Positions 16,398-33,400 of a DNA stretch of 64,000 bases are shown here, in pieces. Position 1 is the first letter of the stretch. Each line of letters begins with the position of its first letter. The stretch is taken from assembly GCF_009914755.1 (NCBI RefSeq), contig NC_060933.1; one strand, written 5' to 3'. The notes beneath the pieces are model-generated. The model was not told where the DNA came from. It did no database searches and saw only the letters and a program-made list of their open reading frames with translations. The translations under genes and the position numbers were made by a program. This DNA is from the human T2T-CHM13v2.0 reference genome, Homo sapiens.

Positions 16398-17429
16398 AGT
16401 GATATGGGGCATATAATTTGCCAAATGCAGTGGGGTATTGAAGTCTCCAACAATTATTGTAGTACTATCTACTTCTTCCTTCAAGTCTATCGATGTTTGT
16501 TTCATGTATTTTGGAGTTCTGATTTTTGGTGTCTATACAGTTATAAGTATTTTATATTCTTGATAAATTTATGAGTTATCAATATATAATGACCTTAATT
16601 CATTTCTTGTAACAATTTTTGACTTTGTTTATTTTTGCTTTGTGTATCTACTATAAGTTTTTATTTTGTAGTTACCATTAGGCTTACATAAAACCTCTTA
16701 TAATGGACTGTTTATATTTGGTAACAACTTAACTTTGATCACATAGAAAAGAGTCTCCACTTTTACTCCATCCCCTTGCCCCCAATTTATGCTTTGATGT
16801 CATAATTTATATTTTTAATTGTATATCCCTTAGCAAATTATTATAGCTATTATTTTTAATACATATTTATTTAATCTTCATACTAAAGACACAGATGATT
16901 TACTTACCATCACTGCAGTATTAGAATATTCTGAATTTGACTGTGTACTTACTTTTAGCAGTGAGTTTTATACTTTCTCATGTTTCCATGACACCAATGA
17001 GCATTCTTTTCTTTCTTTCAGCCTGAAGAGCTTCCTTTAGGATTTCTTGTGAGACAAGTCAGCTTTTATTTGTCTGGAAAAGTCTTTATCTCACTTTTAT
17101 TTGTGAAGAACTGCTTTGGCAGGTACAGTATTCTTAGTTGGCAGATTTTTTTCTTTGAGGCTTTGAATATATCATCTTGCTCTCTCCTGCCATGTAAGGT
17201 TTTTGCTAAGAAATATACTGCTAGCCTTATTGGAACTCTCATATATGTGATTTATTTCTATTCTCTTGCTGCTTTTAGGATTCTCTCTTTGTCTTTGATT
17301 TTTGATAGTTTGATTATAATACATTTTGTTATAGTCTTGTTTGGATAGAATCTGATTGGAGACATTTGGTCCTTATACCTTGATATTATTCCCCAGGTTT
17401 AAGAATTTTTTAGTGATTATTTCTTTAAA

Positions 17430-17870
17430 CAATGTTGTCCTAGGGGCTGGGTGTGTGGGTGTTGGCCTGGAGGCTAGGACCATTAGGGTTGACCTTTGTC
17501 TGGGGGCTCCAGGTGCTGGCCTGAAACCTGAGTCTACAGGGGTCATCTTGGAGCCTGGGTCCATGGGGGCTAATCCAGTGCTGGAGTCTGCCAGGAAGAA
17601 ACTGGGCTGTGGGTCTGCTGTAATGTGTGGCTGCAGGGGAAAATATGAAGAGTGGGTCTGTGGGTGCCTGTTTGGAGATGAGAGCTGTAGCAGTTGGCCT
17701 GGTTCTTGGGTAGGTCTGAATCCTGGGACCATGGGGACCAGCCTGGTGCTGCAAGCAGTCCAGAGCCTTTGGCTGCCTGGCCCTGGGGTGGGCCTAGAGC
17801 CTGAGTCTGTGGGGGATAGCCTGGAGTTGGGGTTTGTCCAAAGTCTGGGGCTACTGATCAGCTACAGTCG
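17430..17870 (-). repeat. Degenerate G-rich ~24-nt tandem repeat of the old L1M 5' region
   Basis: Recurring ggcctggagcctgggtc(c/t)(a/g)tgggg-like units lying between L1 body sequence and the L1 5' terminus. Confidence 0.65.
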
Positions 17871-18969
17871 GGCTGCTACTCCAACTGTCCTTTCTATCTC
17901 TTTAGTGCATCCTTTCTGAAATCTCCTACCTGGTTTCCTTAGTTCTTGTGAAGGTGGTTTTATGCATGGATAGTTGTTCCAATTGATGTTTCTGCAGGGG
18001 AGCAAGAGCTAGAAAGTCCTATTCACCATCTTCCTTACAGCCTTCTGCCCCAAGGCTGCAGTACTCTTCAATCACATGTTTTATGTTACCTCTTTCTTTT
18101 CTCCAGCCATTTGGAAATAATTACCAAGAGCTACTTTTTTCGGCCAGGTATGCAATTTTTGTGAACCAATGCTGTTCTAACTGATTCTAACTCAAGAGGC
18201 GAGAAAAGCCCAGATGCCCCTAATTGGATCCATGGTTGTACTGTGCTGTATTTCCAGGACTTGTGCAAAGTTTAATACTATTACTCATCAGTTTTATTTT
18301 ACCTCCTATTTTTCTCATTCTTTGCATGGATTTACGGAGGCACTTTCCTGACTTTTTCATTGTGGGCTGTGTTGTAGTCACCTTGGATCGATCTCTGGCC
18401 CTTTGGTCATTGTGTGCTTTGAGTCTGCATGGTGAGTCCCAGTTTTATTTCATGCATGAGCTTCATTGACAGAAAATCATTATACCTTATTTCCTTGCTT
18501 CATGCTTGGAAGATGTGGATTTGGCCTTCATATTCCTGACTGGATACTTTAAATGAGTCAGATGCATCTGCTTTAAATAGGTATTGACTAAGGACAAGTA
18601 AGGGAATAATCTGTAAAACTCAACCCAAAAGGAAGTCTTTCTTCTTGCTAGAGGCATATTATTTATTTGGATAGATTAAGATTTTCCTCTACATGTTTAA
18701 GAAGTTAATCTCAATTTGGATGTGATTAGTAATAAGAATTTCAAATCTATATTTCACTTGAGTTTCTTGCAGTGTAATTATGTTTGTTGTCTGTTTGGGA
18801 ATACTAAAACAATCATTTTATTGTAGTATATTTAATACTTTTACCATATTTCTTCTTACTTAAACCAATACATATAAATAACAACCATGAGAATCTCAAG
18901 CATATTTGAAATATTTTAATATCATTATGAAAGTAGAAAGATAAAATTAGAGTGCTCCAAAAATATTTA

Positions 18970-19065
18970 AAAATTCTAGTCCAATATCCTCATTTAGAGA
19001 AAGAAACCGAGGCCCAGAAATGTAAAAGCAAGTGAATAAAATTAGTGGTATGGCCAGAATTAGGT
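18970..19065 (-). mobile_element. MIR fragment
   Basis: tctagtccaatatcctcattt...gaaaccgaggcccaga. Confidence 0.6.
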
Positions 19066-20089
19066 ACTTTGTTCATGAAAATATTTAGTCATTTTTGAGG
19101 TGAGTTAGGACTGGCAGGGCACAGAGGGACACTGTTGTCATAAAACTATGAAGGACCTACCAAGGAAAAAATACCTCTAGGGGTCTCTGTTTATTGAGTT
19201 CTAAAAAAATACCCATACTATATTTGGTTGGCTAATAACATATAAATGGATTTTAATTGGTAAGTGTTTGGGGCATTTCTTTTTCTCTGTTCTTTCCCTT
19301 CCTTCTCCACACATCTATCCCAAGGCACGGGCATTTTATTTTGCATTTTGGACCTGCTGTCTGTTTGACAGTGTCCTCTTTTGATTTATTTATTATTGTT
19401 GTTTGCAAAGAAGAGGGAAATTTTGAAGCATGAACTTGCTGTGCTACCTTGATTTGGAGGTCTCCTGGCCCAGTGTGGAAAAAGTTAAAATCATCTGACA
19501 TATGTTTATATATATTTAAGCATCTCAGTTGGCTTCATTTGTGCAATGAGGTCCCAAGATCCACTCAAACTCCTACTTACATACAGGAAAGAAAAACATC
19601 TGCTGCTTTGACTAAAAGTTCCTCCTGGCCTTCGCTGTGAAACTCAGGTGAAACCTCCAGCCAACAGAATTGTAACAGAGTCATTCTATTACACCAAGAA
19701 GCCTGTGAGCTCACAGGGGGAGGAAATACTGCAGCAGGATATGCAGTTGGGAGGATCTTCCTGCCCACAAGAAAATACAAAAAAAGTGGAATTAATCATC
19801 TTCGTCTTTTCACAGAATTTGCTAAGAAATTAAATTCAAATTAACACACTCATAGTTTTTGCCTACCATGTTCAAAACACTCCTGGTGCTTATGAGAGAC
19901 GTGGTCTTTTAGAGGGCACAGTTACCATAAGGCAGCCACACCAGCAGGCTGGGTACTTACATTAATGATAAACCTATTATGCTCTTTCCCCATGAAAACA
20001 GATCTGGACCCTCACCTCCCCCCCTACCGCTGTCACAGGCTCCTGGAATTTCCCTCTCTCACCCCTACCCTTCACCACTTTTGTGAATG

Positions 20090-20383
20090 TTCCTCAATCT
20101 GACTCCATCTTCCATCAGTCTTCTCCTCTTCAAACCCTTTCTCTGTGCTCTGTGGAATTCCTGATCAGTATAGTTTCCATATAGACATCCTTTACTTAAA
20201 CCTTCTCTCCCATTTCTTGCCTTAATTGAAAATTGGCCTCTCTCTAGTCATCATCCCCCCTCCAATTCCATAGGCCTCATTACGACTTCCAAATCATTTC
20301 TTCTTTTTCTACCCTTGAAAAGCCTGGCACCTCTGATGTTTGTACCACTTACCAGTGTCACAATATTACCATATTACCCTCTT
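20090..20383 (+). mobile_element. L2 remnant (start of ORF2 endonuclease region)
   Basis: tgtgctctgtggaattcctgatcagt...tcttgccttaattgaaaattggc; pyrimidine-rich. Confidence 0.5.
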
Positions 20384-20503
20384 TGTGTTAGAGCTTCCCA
20401 GAGAAACAAAGCCAATAGGACACACACACACACGCACACACACGCACACACATACACACACACAAGTGTATTTATAATTAAATAAGAAATATATACATAT
20501 GAC

Positions 20504-21410
<907 letters not shown>

Positions 21411-22304
21411 GTTTTCCAACACAATGAAGTCTTAGGCAGTATACCACTCCGAAATCACTTGATCAGAGATTTCCAGCACTCACTGGGGGCATTTCTGAAA
21501 TTGTGGAGGCTGAGAATCTTCTGTCTTGTGTCTGTAAGACAGAGACCCAGGAAAGCTGGTGGTATAGTTCCAGTCTGAGTCCGAAAGCCTGAGAATCAGG
21601 AGCACTGATGGTGTAAGTCTGAGTTCAAGGACAGAAACCAAGCAATGTCCTGGATCAAGCAGTCAGGCAGGGAAAGGCAGAGACAGAATTCTCACTTCCT
21701 CTGACATTTTTGTTCTATTCAAGTCCTCAGTGGATTGGATGGGGCCCACTCACATTGAGGAGGGCAATCTGCCTTACTCAGTACGCCAATTAAAAAGTTA
21801 ATGAGATATATACCTCTTTTGAAAACACCCTCACAGACATGCCCAGAAATGTTTAACCCACTATCTGGGCATCCTGTGGCCCAGTCAAGTTGACACATGA
21901 CAGTAACCGTCACACTCATCCTCCTCCCTTCGATCTGCTTTCTCACTGCCCCTCAGTGACTGGAGCCGTTAGCACCTCTCTGCTTCAGCTCTCATCTCAT
22001 CTCTCAAAGCCACGTTTAAAATGTTACTGTATACATTACATGTCTTTGTGAAAATCAGTATGCTGAGCTATGGAGAAAAAAAGTATTTCAGAGAAGTGTG
22101 AAACAAACTGTGAAATTTAAAATTTAAAACATTACATGAATTGTGGATTATCAGAATTCACTTAAAATATTTCCATAGGTAAAAGAGAATGCTTGATTAT
22201 GTCACATTTAAATACTGTTCTTTAGTTTTTATTTTAATCGGGACAATTTACATTAAGCACTGGTAAAGCAATTTCAAAATTTCTGTAGGTTAAAACAACA
22301 AAGG

Positions 22305-23226
<922 letters not shown>

Positions 23227-23512
23227 TGCCCAGCACAGTCTTGTTAAACAGCTCTCATGTCCTGTGGAGTCCTGTCATGACACATGGGAACATGTGTGTC
23301 ATGATAGGACTCCACATATAGGACTCCACATATAGGAGTAAAGGAGAAACGTGAGTTGATCAGTGAAATGAAGATGAAGGACAGGGTGAACCTCAGAGCC
23401 TGAGGTTGAAGGTTAAGTCTGTGATATCAGCAAGCATGTGGAAAGAACACACTTTCCTGGTGGAGGCACATGTGGAGGCTTTGATGGGCAATGGGCAATC
23501 AGGAGGTTTTAG

Positions 23513-23840
<328 letters not shown>

Positions 23841-24061
23841 TGTTGGGTCACATTTTATAATACATTTGCTGAGGTCTATTTTGTGATCTGTGAGTATGCA
23901 CTGTGGTGGTGGCAGTAAAATACATCAGTGGGAATTTTCCTGCAGAGCTCTTGATCCATGCGGGGTGTATCACAATTGCACAGTAAATATTGATTTCATT
24001 GAGAAGAAAGAAAAATCTGATAAGAAATAAAATGAACCAATAAATATTTTCTCTACGTATG

Positions 24062-24590
24062 TGTGGTAGACAGAATTCGCAATTTGATCCCATGATTTCA
24101 CACCCGAATCCCTCAGAGCCCACGAGAATAGGGAATCCCATGACTATGTTGTGTCATATGGCACAGTTGACTGTAGAGTAGGGACACTATCTGGTGGGCC
24201 TAATGTCATCACACAGTTTTGAAGCAGAGTGTTTTTTTTGACTGGTAGAAGAAGTCAGAGAGATTCAGAGTATGAGAATGACGCAGTGTGTACTGCTGTT
24301 CAGAAACGGAGGGAGCCAAGAGAGCAGGAATGAGGGTGGCCTGAAGGGTGCAAGACAGGTCCTGGCTGGCAGCCAACAAGGAAACCAGGACCCCAGTCCT
24401 CCAATGCCAGGAATTTAATCCTGCCAATAGCAGGAGTAAGCTTGGAAGAGGAGCCTGGGGTCTAGGGAAGAAAACATTAACTTACATCTTTATTTCAGCC
24501 TTGTGAGACTGAGCAGGCGGTCCAGCCGCTGCATCCTGGAATTCTTGCCATTATCACACTCGTATGTGAAATAATAAAACCGTGTGTTAG
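24062..24590 (+). mobile_element. MaLR LTR (MLT1E/F-like)
   Basis: tgtggtagacagaatt...atggcacagttgact...cagccttgtgagactgagcag...aataaa. Confidence 0.75.
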
Positions 24591-25597
24591 CTTCTGTATT
24601 GAATAAACTGAATAAACTTCTCAACTTTGCTTTCCTTCTCCAGTTTCCTCTCCCCACCCCTACAGTATCATTCTTTATGGAAGACATATTAAATTTCTCT
24701 TTAAAACAACATTGCTTTGAAATATAAAAAACAGCATATGTCAACTGTTTTTTACAATAAGAAGTACTATAACCAGACTTTTTTAAAAAAATGATATTAT
24801 CCTGCTTAGCTCACAAAAACATTTTGATTATTTGGGCTGTTAAATTTTACGTGTCATGTTCAGTAAATCAATTAGGTTCTTAAGAAATCTCCTGCAGATT
24901 GTCAGATTGAAGAGATCATAACCCAGAAGGAAATAAGCCTGCACTCCTAAGACAATCAGTGCTTCTAATGAGAAAAGTGACTGACAGATAAGGTGGGAAG
25001 ATTGGCCTCACCTCATGGGGCAGCTCTGCTGTTCTTGCCCATCCTGATGTTTTTGGATAACAAGGAAAGTGTATTCAATTTTTTAGCTCCCCCTTTTAAA
25101 AAAGCAGTGGAAGCTTGTAATCAAAGACAATCATGTTGGGGTCCGGTAGGAGTCACCCCATCGCATTCATCACACTCATCAACCAAAGGGAGGAGGCCTC
25201 TCCCTGAGTTCCTGCTTGAGGAACATGGCTGGAAAAGTAGGGAGAATGGAAGCTGATGCCAAAAACAAAAACAGGAGAGAGAAAGAAATGCCTCTGTTTG
25301 GTGCATCGAAACACTCGATTTAATCTGTGCATGTAGGTGGGGAAAGCATTTGTCCATTTTTAATTTCTGTAGTTAATCCAGGAGCCTCCAGAATAGGCTG
25401 ATGGTTTGGAGTGACCTTGAATGGTGACAAGAGTATATTTTATTTGCATGGCTCTCCCCACTTTACCAATTACTTTCTCATAGGAGTCGCTTGTTTCTCA
25501 CCCATGAAATTGTTAGAAGGTTTTGTTAACTTTTCAGTCTTGAGATTAGAAGAGGCTTTAATGTGCTGGAAGCACAACTGCGCTTTTGATTCATGAA

Positions 25598-25899
25598 TTT
25601 TTTTTTTTTTTTTTTGAGACGGATTCTCGCTCTGTCGCCCAGGCTGGAGTGCAGTAGGGCGATCTCGGCTCATTGCAAGCTCCGTCTCCTGGGTTCAGCC
25701 ATTCTCCTGCCTCAGCCTCCTGAGTAGCTGGGACTACAGGCACCCACCACCACGCCTGGCTAATTTTTTTTGTATTTTTTTAGTAGAGACGGGGTTTCAC
25801 CGTGTTAGCCAGGATGGTCTGGATCTGCTGACCTTGTGATCTGCTCACCTCGGCCTCCCAAAGTGCTGGGATTACAGGCGTGAGCCACCGCACCCAGCC
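25598..25899 (-). mobile_element. AluY
   Basis: TSD gattcatgaatttt. Confidence 0.95.
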
Positions 25900-26052
25900 G
25901 ATTCATGAATTTTCTATTCAGTTTCCAGCCTCTTCTGGAACACATTCAGCAATGGAGAGCTCCCTGCCTTTTGTAACTCTGGAGAGTTCAAGTTAATCCA
26001 TTTATTGTTTGCTAGAAAATATAACCTTTTGAAAATATTTTCTTACTTTCCA

Positions 26053-26377
<325 letters not shown>

Positions 26378-26990
26378 ATTTTATCTTTTAACTGTCTGCA
26401 ACAAAGACAGAAAATGACACCAACCTAAATCATTCCTGTTAGAGTTCAGGACCATCATCTCCCAAACTTTGGAGTGTCTGATTCCCTGTAGTCAATATGC
26501 AACGAGATTTCAGGCAAGTATTGTTTGAGGTCGACAGTAACTGTATCCAAAAGTTACCTTCCTAAACATATACAATTGTTTTAGAAATAAATGCCTACAT
26601 TTTCTTTGAGTACCTGGGCTAACTGATGAAATCAGCCTTTCTGCCTCACCTTACAAAGGTACTTTACAAAGTTTGGGATTAATGTTGAGATGGGAAATCA
26701 ACCCACACTAGATGCAAAAAAGCAGAGCTCACTGCCTGAAAATGTGAGGTGTGAGGCTATTCAATGGTTGTAATAAAAAATAAAAAATAAAAAAGATCAA
26801 TGAAAGTGGGCTTAGAAGGGCCAGTGTCCAGGCAGCTCTGCTGTGGGAACTGTAGAATCCGGGTCATGGGAATGAGGAAGGAAAATGACTTGGGTATATT
26901 CCACAGAGTGGATCCTATTTTCAGAACATGCTTTCATTTCTTTTTGCATTTGACAGTTTATACTCAAGAATAAAATAGTCACCTCAAGGG

Positions 26991-27546
26991 CGTTAGGGAA
27001 GCAGAAGCCTAGGAGAGCCCGAGTGACACCATTTTAACATCAGCTCCGTCTTCAAGTTAGCAGGGTACATTCCTTGCCAGTCATGACTCATGGTCCTAAC
27101 ATGTTCACATCCAAGGAAAGAGCGTGGTAATGCCTGCAAGGACAAACTCCTACAATAACAGGCAGTCCAGATGTCCCAATGCCCATAACAATATATGCTT
27201 TCAAGATAGTTATAGTTATGCTTTGATGTACTCGTACACTAAAATGTCAAGGATCGTTTTCTTTAAATCAATAGAATAATAAATTTTGTCATTCTGTCAG
27301 TCCACCTGCACATAGGCAAAGCTTAGTTTATTCTTTACATAAAGAAGATGTATATGTAAGAAAAACTTAAAACAAAGATGGGGCATTCCTGTTCTTGCTT
27401 TCTGAGGATACCTTACTCTATAACCTAGAGGCTTTCAATAAACTCTCCCTTCCCACTTTATTCTGCAACTCACCTTGAATTCTTTCCTGTGTAAGATCCA
27501 AGAACACTCTCTTGGGGTTTGTATCAAGATCCCTTTTCTGGTAAAA
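26991..27546 (+). mobile_element. ERV1 solo LTR (MER41/MER72 group)
   Basis: gagtgacaccattttaa..ctccgtctt start; aataaa at ~27437; end gaattctttcctg..agatccaagaac.ctctcttgggg. Confidence 0.75.
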
Positions 27547-27910
27547 AAGAGGATGCAAAAATTCAGCTACAACAAAAATAGACATGGGTTATTTTTCCTA
27601 AAAAGATTGCACTTGTCTGTTGCCATTGGAGGAATGTATCCGATGTTGTCAAATGTCAAACAAGACTCAGAGGACCTGATAACTCATATTTTGGAAGCTG
27701 GTTCTCTTTGGAATACAGAATTTTAAAAGGCTTGAAGCAGTACTCTTGAGTAATATGGAGAGTAGATCGATGATGGAGAGCAGAGAGAATGATTTAGGTT
27801 TGTGCCATTTTCTATCTTTCTTGCAGACAGTTAAAAGATAAAATGGAAAGTGAGAAAATATTTTCAAAATAATTACTCTTTATACTCACAATATAAACTT
27901 TTCACAATAA

Positions 27911-28355
<445 letters not shown>

Positions 28356-29409
28356 AATAATTACTCTTTTTGTATTCCAGCAGAAAAGTTGGGATCATGG
28401 ATAAATGACTTGCCCCAACTCTGGACAATGAAGCAGTGGCAACCTGTTAACACATATTAATTTTGGGTATTTCTTAAAGTTTTGTGTTTTTTTCACCTTT
28501 CTACCCTCCTGCTTTTCCCGTGAGAATGGGTGTGGTTACTCATTTGCTTACACAAATCTCAACTGGATACTACTGAAGCTGATCTTCAGTAGTCTCGGGT
28601 GGTCCTAGTGAACCAGCTTCTCCAGACGCAGCTGTTCGCCTTCTGTTCATTCAGCATCCAAGGTGAGTCTTCAGCACTGTCTGATGCTCCAGCAGTTCAT
28701 TCTGGCAGTGCTCTTACGAGAGGGATAGCGGGAGCAGGCCGGCGGCACAGGCCAGATACAGTCAGGGTCAGATGACCACCTGATGGGGAGGGTCTTCATC
28801 CACAGACTGTTCTCATTGTTTGGGGGATTCTTCCTCCTTTTTTATTCCTGTATTTAATCTGGCTTCAGTCATTAGGTGTTTCTTTCATAGAGGAATTTTA
28901 ATCATATAAGGGTAAGCTTTGTTTTAAGATTCATGAAAGTGGCATATGTGCTGAGGTGGCCTAGGCAATCAGGGTTTTTAGGTCTTATTTTCATAGGGAC
29001 CCAGTAATCATCCCCCAGCCAGGGCTGGAAATCCCCAGGCCAGGTTACATCGTACTGCTAAGTGAAACATAGTGTAGACCCCATGAGATGTTTGAGTGGG
29101 CTTTATGGCCATCATTAATCTTACAGGCATGGGATGTTTCTTATTGTACCATACAACAGCTATCCACACTTCTCATCCACATTCTTGCAGCAATCTAATC
29201 TTCTCATACAACAGTGAGGTAAGATTACCACTCAGCCTTTGTTGTGATGACTGCCCACCTGCTACTTTAAGTTTAGCTGTGTGTGGTACTATGATTACTC
29301 TTCCTTTCAAGAACAGCATTTTCTTTCCTTTGGGATTAATGATTGCTTGTTTGGGGGGCTATACTTTATTTTTATACATTATTACTAATATTTAAACCAA
29401 ATTTCTCTT

Positions 29410-30050
29410 AACCTGGGTTTTCTCTAAAAACAGAGCCTAGTACAAAGGTATGTAGGCATTTTATTTTATTTGGGAAGTGACTGTAGGAAACAGTAATGTG
29501 AGGGCCTGGAGAACATGACAGAGAGAAGGAAAAGCCAATTAAAAAATACATAGGGTCAGGAGATCAAGACCATCCTGGCCAACATGGTGAAGCCCCATCT
29601 TTACTAAAAATACAAAAATTTGCCGGGTGTAGTGGCAGGTGACTGTAATCCCAGCTACTTGGGAGGCTGAGGCAGGAGAATTGCTTGACCCAGGAGGAGA
29701 AGATTACAGTGAGCCAAGATCGTGCCACTGCACTCCAGCCTGGTGACAGAGCGAGACTCTGTCTCAAAAAAAAAAAAAAAAAATTACATAGGGGCTCACC
29801 TCTGCAGATAGGGCTGAATACTGCTGGAACTGTTTGAGGAGCTACATGAAATGCATCCTCTTGATGGCTATTGTCCTCCAACAGAAGCAGGTTGTTTCTT
29901 TGGAGTTAATGCCTCTCCACTCCCAGGTTATGCAGACCTGTGTGCTGTGTCCTGAGAAATTTCAGTAAAGCTCATTGCAGAAAACATTCAGGGTAGTGCA
30001 GCCATGGCTGAAGTCAAAGGGGGTTGAGAGGACCTGAGATGGGACACATG
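29410..30050 (-). mobile_element. Old ERVL LTR (LTR33/LTR16-like) remnant
   Basis: gggttttctctaaaaacagagcct...tttatttgggaagtga...gaaggaaaagccaat. Confidence 0.55.
29554..29783 (+). mobile_element. 5'-truncated AluSc
   Basis: Starts at ggtcaggagatc; TSD aaa(a/t)tacataggg. Confidence 0.92.
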
Positions 30051-30705
30051 TTGGGGGAAAGGCAGTTATCTAGAGCTGGGAGGGGGACCTGGTAATGTGA
30101 CTCCTGGCAATGTCCTTTACATGGTCCTTTCTCTCAAGTGTACCTAATGTCATCAATTCCTGAACTTTGGGAGTGGGACCATTTCATATAATTCGAACCT
30201 CTTCTACACGTGATATAAACTACTAAGTCAATGGCACATATCCATCTTTTTTTCCAGATCCCCAAGTTCCTGTTTTCTCTTCTTTCATCCTTATGGGTTT
30301 ATTATGTTTTTTACAAAGACAACCCCCTTATTGTCATCTTAGTGGCATTTCAGGGGTAAGTAGAATGAAAGGCATGCTTCCTATCTGCTCTCTTGAATCT
30401 ACATATACTCTTTTGGGTTTTAAACCTTTTAGAGAAAAAAACTTCCATGGTATATGCCTCTTAACAAAGATCTTACATGAATAGGCCAAAAAACTCCGTT
30501 TTTGTCCAGCTAATAATTGAATTGTAACCAAACGAAACCAGCCAGCTTGCTATAGAATTATTTTAATAGGGCATACACTGTATGCTTTTTGTTTCTGCAC
30601 ATTTTTACACTTGCAGATATTATACACGGAATTTTATATTCTTCCTGTTCAGTTAACATTCTGTGTATATCTTCTCTTTTCTACATGATTAAAAAAATGT
30701 TATTC

Positions 30706-31016
<311 letters not shown>

Positions 31017-31044
31017 CTACACCCCTCTTCTATCCTATTTCCTG

Positions 31045-31359
31045 TTTTTACATCCGCTCTCCCCTCCCGCTTCTGAGTCTCCAGTGTCCTTTATACCACA
31101 CTATGCCTTTGCCTACCCATATTAGCTTATAAGTGAGAATATATGGTTTTGGTTTTCTATTCTGAGTTACTTCACATTTCAAATGGAGTTGTTTTCTTAA
31201 CTTCATTCACTTAGTGCTCACTGCGAGTGTAGAGTAATACAATTAATTGTTTAATATTGATTTTTATCCCTCAAACTTGCTGAACTCATTTATTAGGAAT
31301 CGTTTTCTGGGGTATTCTTTTGGATTATACGTATACAAAATTTGGGTAATCCGTAAGTA
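31045..31359 (-). repeat. Local duplicate of 33839-34148 (L1PB3/L1MB junction)
   Basis: Collinear match including the junction cacat(t/g)tcaaatg. Confidence 0.85.
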
Positions 31360-32023
31360 ACTGATGTTACAATCTGTTGTGCTCATTCAGTACTTTTCCC
31401 TAAGCCCAATCACACATTAAACAAACACAGAGTTCCTTTTAGTTCCTGCCTAAGCACTGAGTTTTTATAATGAAAGGTGGGAAGATATGTTCTATAAGAA
31501 AAGATTTTTTAAAAAAACAGTTTTATTGAGATATAATTTTACATTCCATAATATTCACCCATTTAAAGTATGTAATTTAATGTTTTTTACTATATTCACA
31601 GTTTTGTAAAACCATTACCATTATTCAACTTTAGAATACTTCTATTTCCCTTAAAAGAAACCCCATGCTCGTTAGCAGTCACTTGCTATTCTCCTCTCCT
31701 TCCCCACTTCACCAACTCCTCACCTCTCTACCCGAAGTAACCACTAATCTACCTGCTTATTCTGGGCATTTAATAGAATTGGAACCATGCAATATATGGT
31801 CTTTTGTGGCTGGCTTCTTTTACTTAGTATAATGCTTTCAAGGTTCATCTATGTTGTAGCCTATATCAATACTTCATTTCTTTTTAAGACAGAATAATCT
31901 TTCATTGTATTTATGTACCACATTTTACTTATCCATTCATCAGGATAAATGGGCATTTTGGACATTGGGTTGTTTCCACTTCTGGCTATTAGGAATAATG
32001 CTGCTATGAACATTCATGTGCAC

Positions 32024-32313
32024 TTTTTTTTTTTGAGAGAGTCTTGCTCTGTCGCCCAGGCTGGAGTGCAGTGGCATGATCTCTGCTCACTGCAAACCTC
32101 TGCCTCCTGGGTTCAAGTGATTCTTCTGCCTCAGCCTCCCAAATAGCTGGGACTACAGGCACGTGCCACCATGCCTGGCTAATTTTTGTATTTTTAGTAG
32201 AGATGGGGTTTCACCATATTGGCCAGGCTGCTCTCACACTCCTGACCTCATGATCTGCCTGTCTCGGCCTCCCAAAGTGCTAGGATTACAGGCGTGAGCC
32301 ACCGTGCCTGGCC
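32024..32313 (-). mobile_element. AluS (Sg/Sc-like)
   Basis: TSD catgt(g/a)cac. Confidence 0.93.
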
Positions 32314-33400
32314 CATGTACACATTTGTGTCTGTGTGTGTGTGAACATGTTTCACACCTAATGGTGGAATTATTGAATCGTATTGTAATTCTATGTTTAA
32401 TTTTTTGAGGAATTGTCAGTTTTCCACAATGGCTGCATCATTTCACATATTTATCAACAGTGTGTGAGGGTTTAAATGTCTTCAAATCCTTGCCAAAAGT
32501 TTTTACTGTCTGCCTTTTCGATTATAGCTGTCTTTGTAGACGTGATTTTGATTTGCATTTCCATAATGAATAGTGATGTTGAGCCAATTTTCATATGTTT
32601 GTGGATATTTGTACATCTTCTTTGGAGAGATGCCTATTTAAATCCTTTGCCTATATTGTATTTGGTTTATTTGCCTTGCTACTATTGAGAGTGGTATGAT
32701 TCCTTTATATTCTGGATATAAGACCCTTATCAGATATATGGCATGCAAATATTTTATTCATTTCTGCAAGTTTTGTCTTTTTTTGATGGTATCGTTTGTA
32801 GCACGAAACTTTTAAATTTTGATGAAGTCGAATTTATTTTTTCTTTCATTGCTCGTGCTTTTGCTGTTGTACCTTAAAAATCTTTGCCTAAACCCAAGGT
32901 CAGAAAATTTCACTCCTCTATTTTCTTCTAAAAGTTTTACAGATTTTTATGCTTATACTTAGGTTTTTAATCTTTTTGAATAAGCTTTTTGTATATGGTG
33001 TGAGATAGGGCATTGAGTTATCTAGCCACATTTGTTGAAAAGGCTCTTCTTTCTCCAATCACTTTTATTAGAACCCTTCTGAAAAATTCATTGGCTATAA
33101 ATATAATAATTTATTTTTAGATTCTCAATTCTGTTCTACTGATCTATGTGTTATTCTTATGGCCATACTACACTGTTTTTATTATTATAGCTTTGTGTTA
33201 TGTTTTAAAATCATTAAACGGGAATCCTTTAAATTTATTCTTTTTCAAAATTGTTTTGGGGATTCTTGGTCCCTGAATTTTCAGAACTTTTAAGATCAGT
33301 TTGTCAGTTTCTGAAAAAGAGCTAGCTAAGATTTTGATAGAGATTGTGTTGAATCTGTAGATCAGCTTACAAAGTATGGTCATTTAACAATATTAAGTCT

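Noticed and set aside
17356-17919. Longest ORF (187 aa, Gly-rich)
   Set aside because: No ATG start; open only because it lies in the G-rich degenerate repeat of the old L1 5' region.
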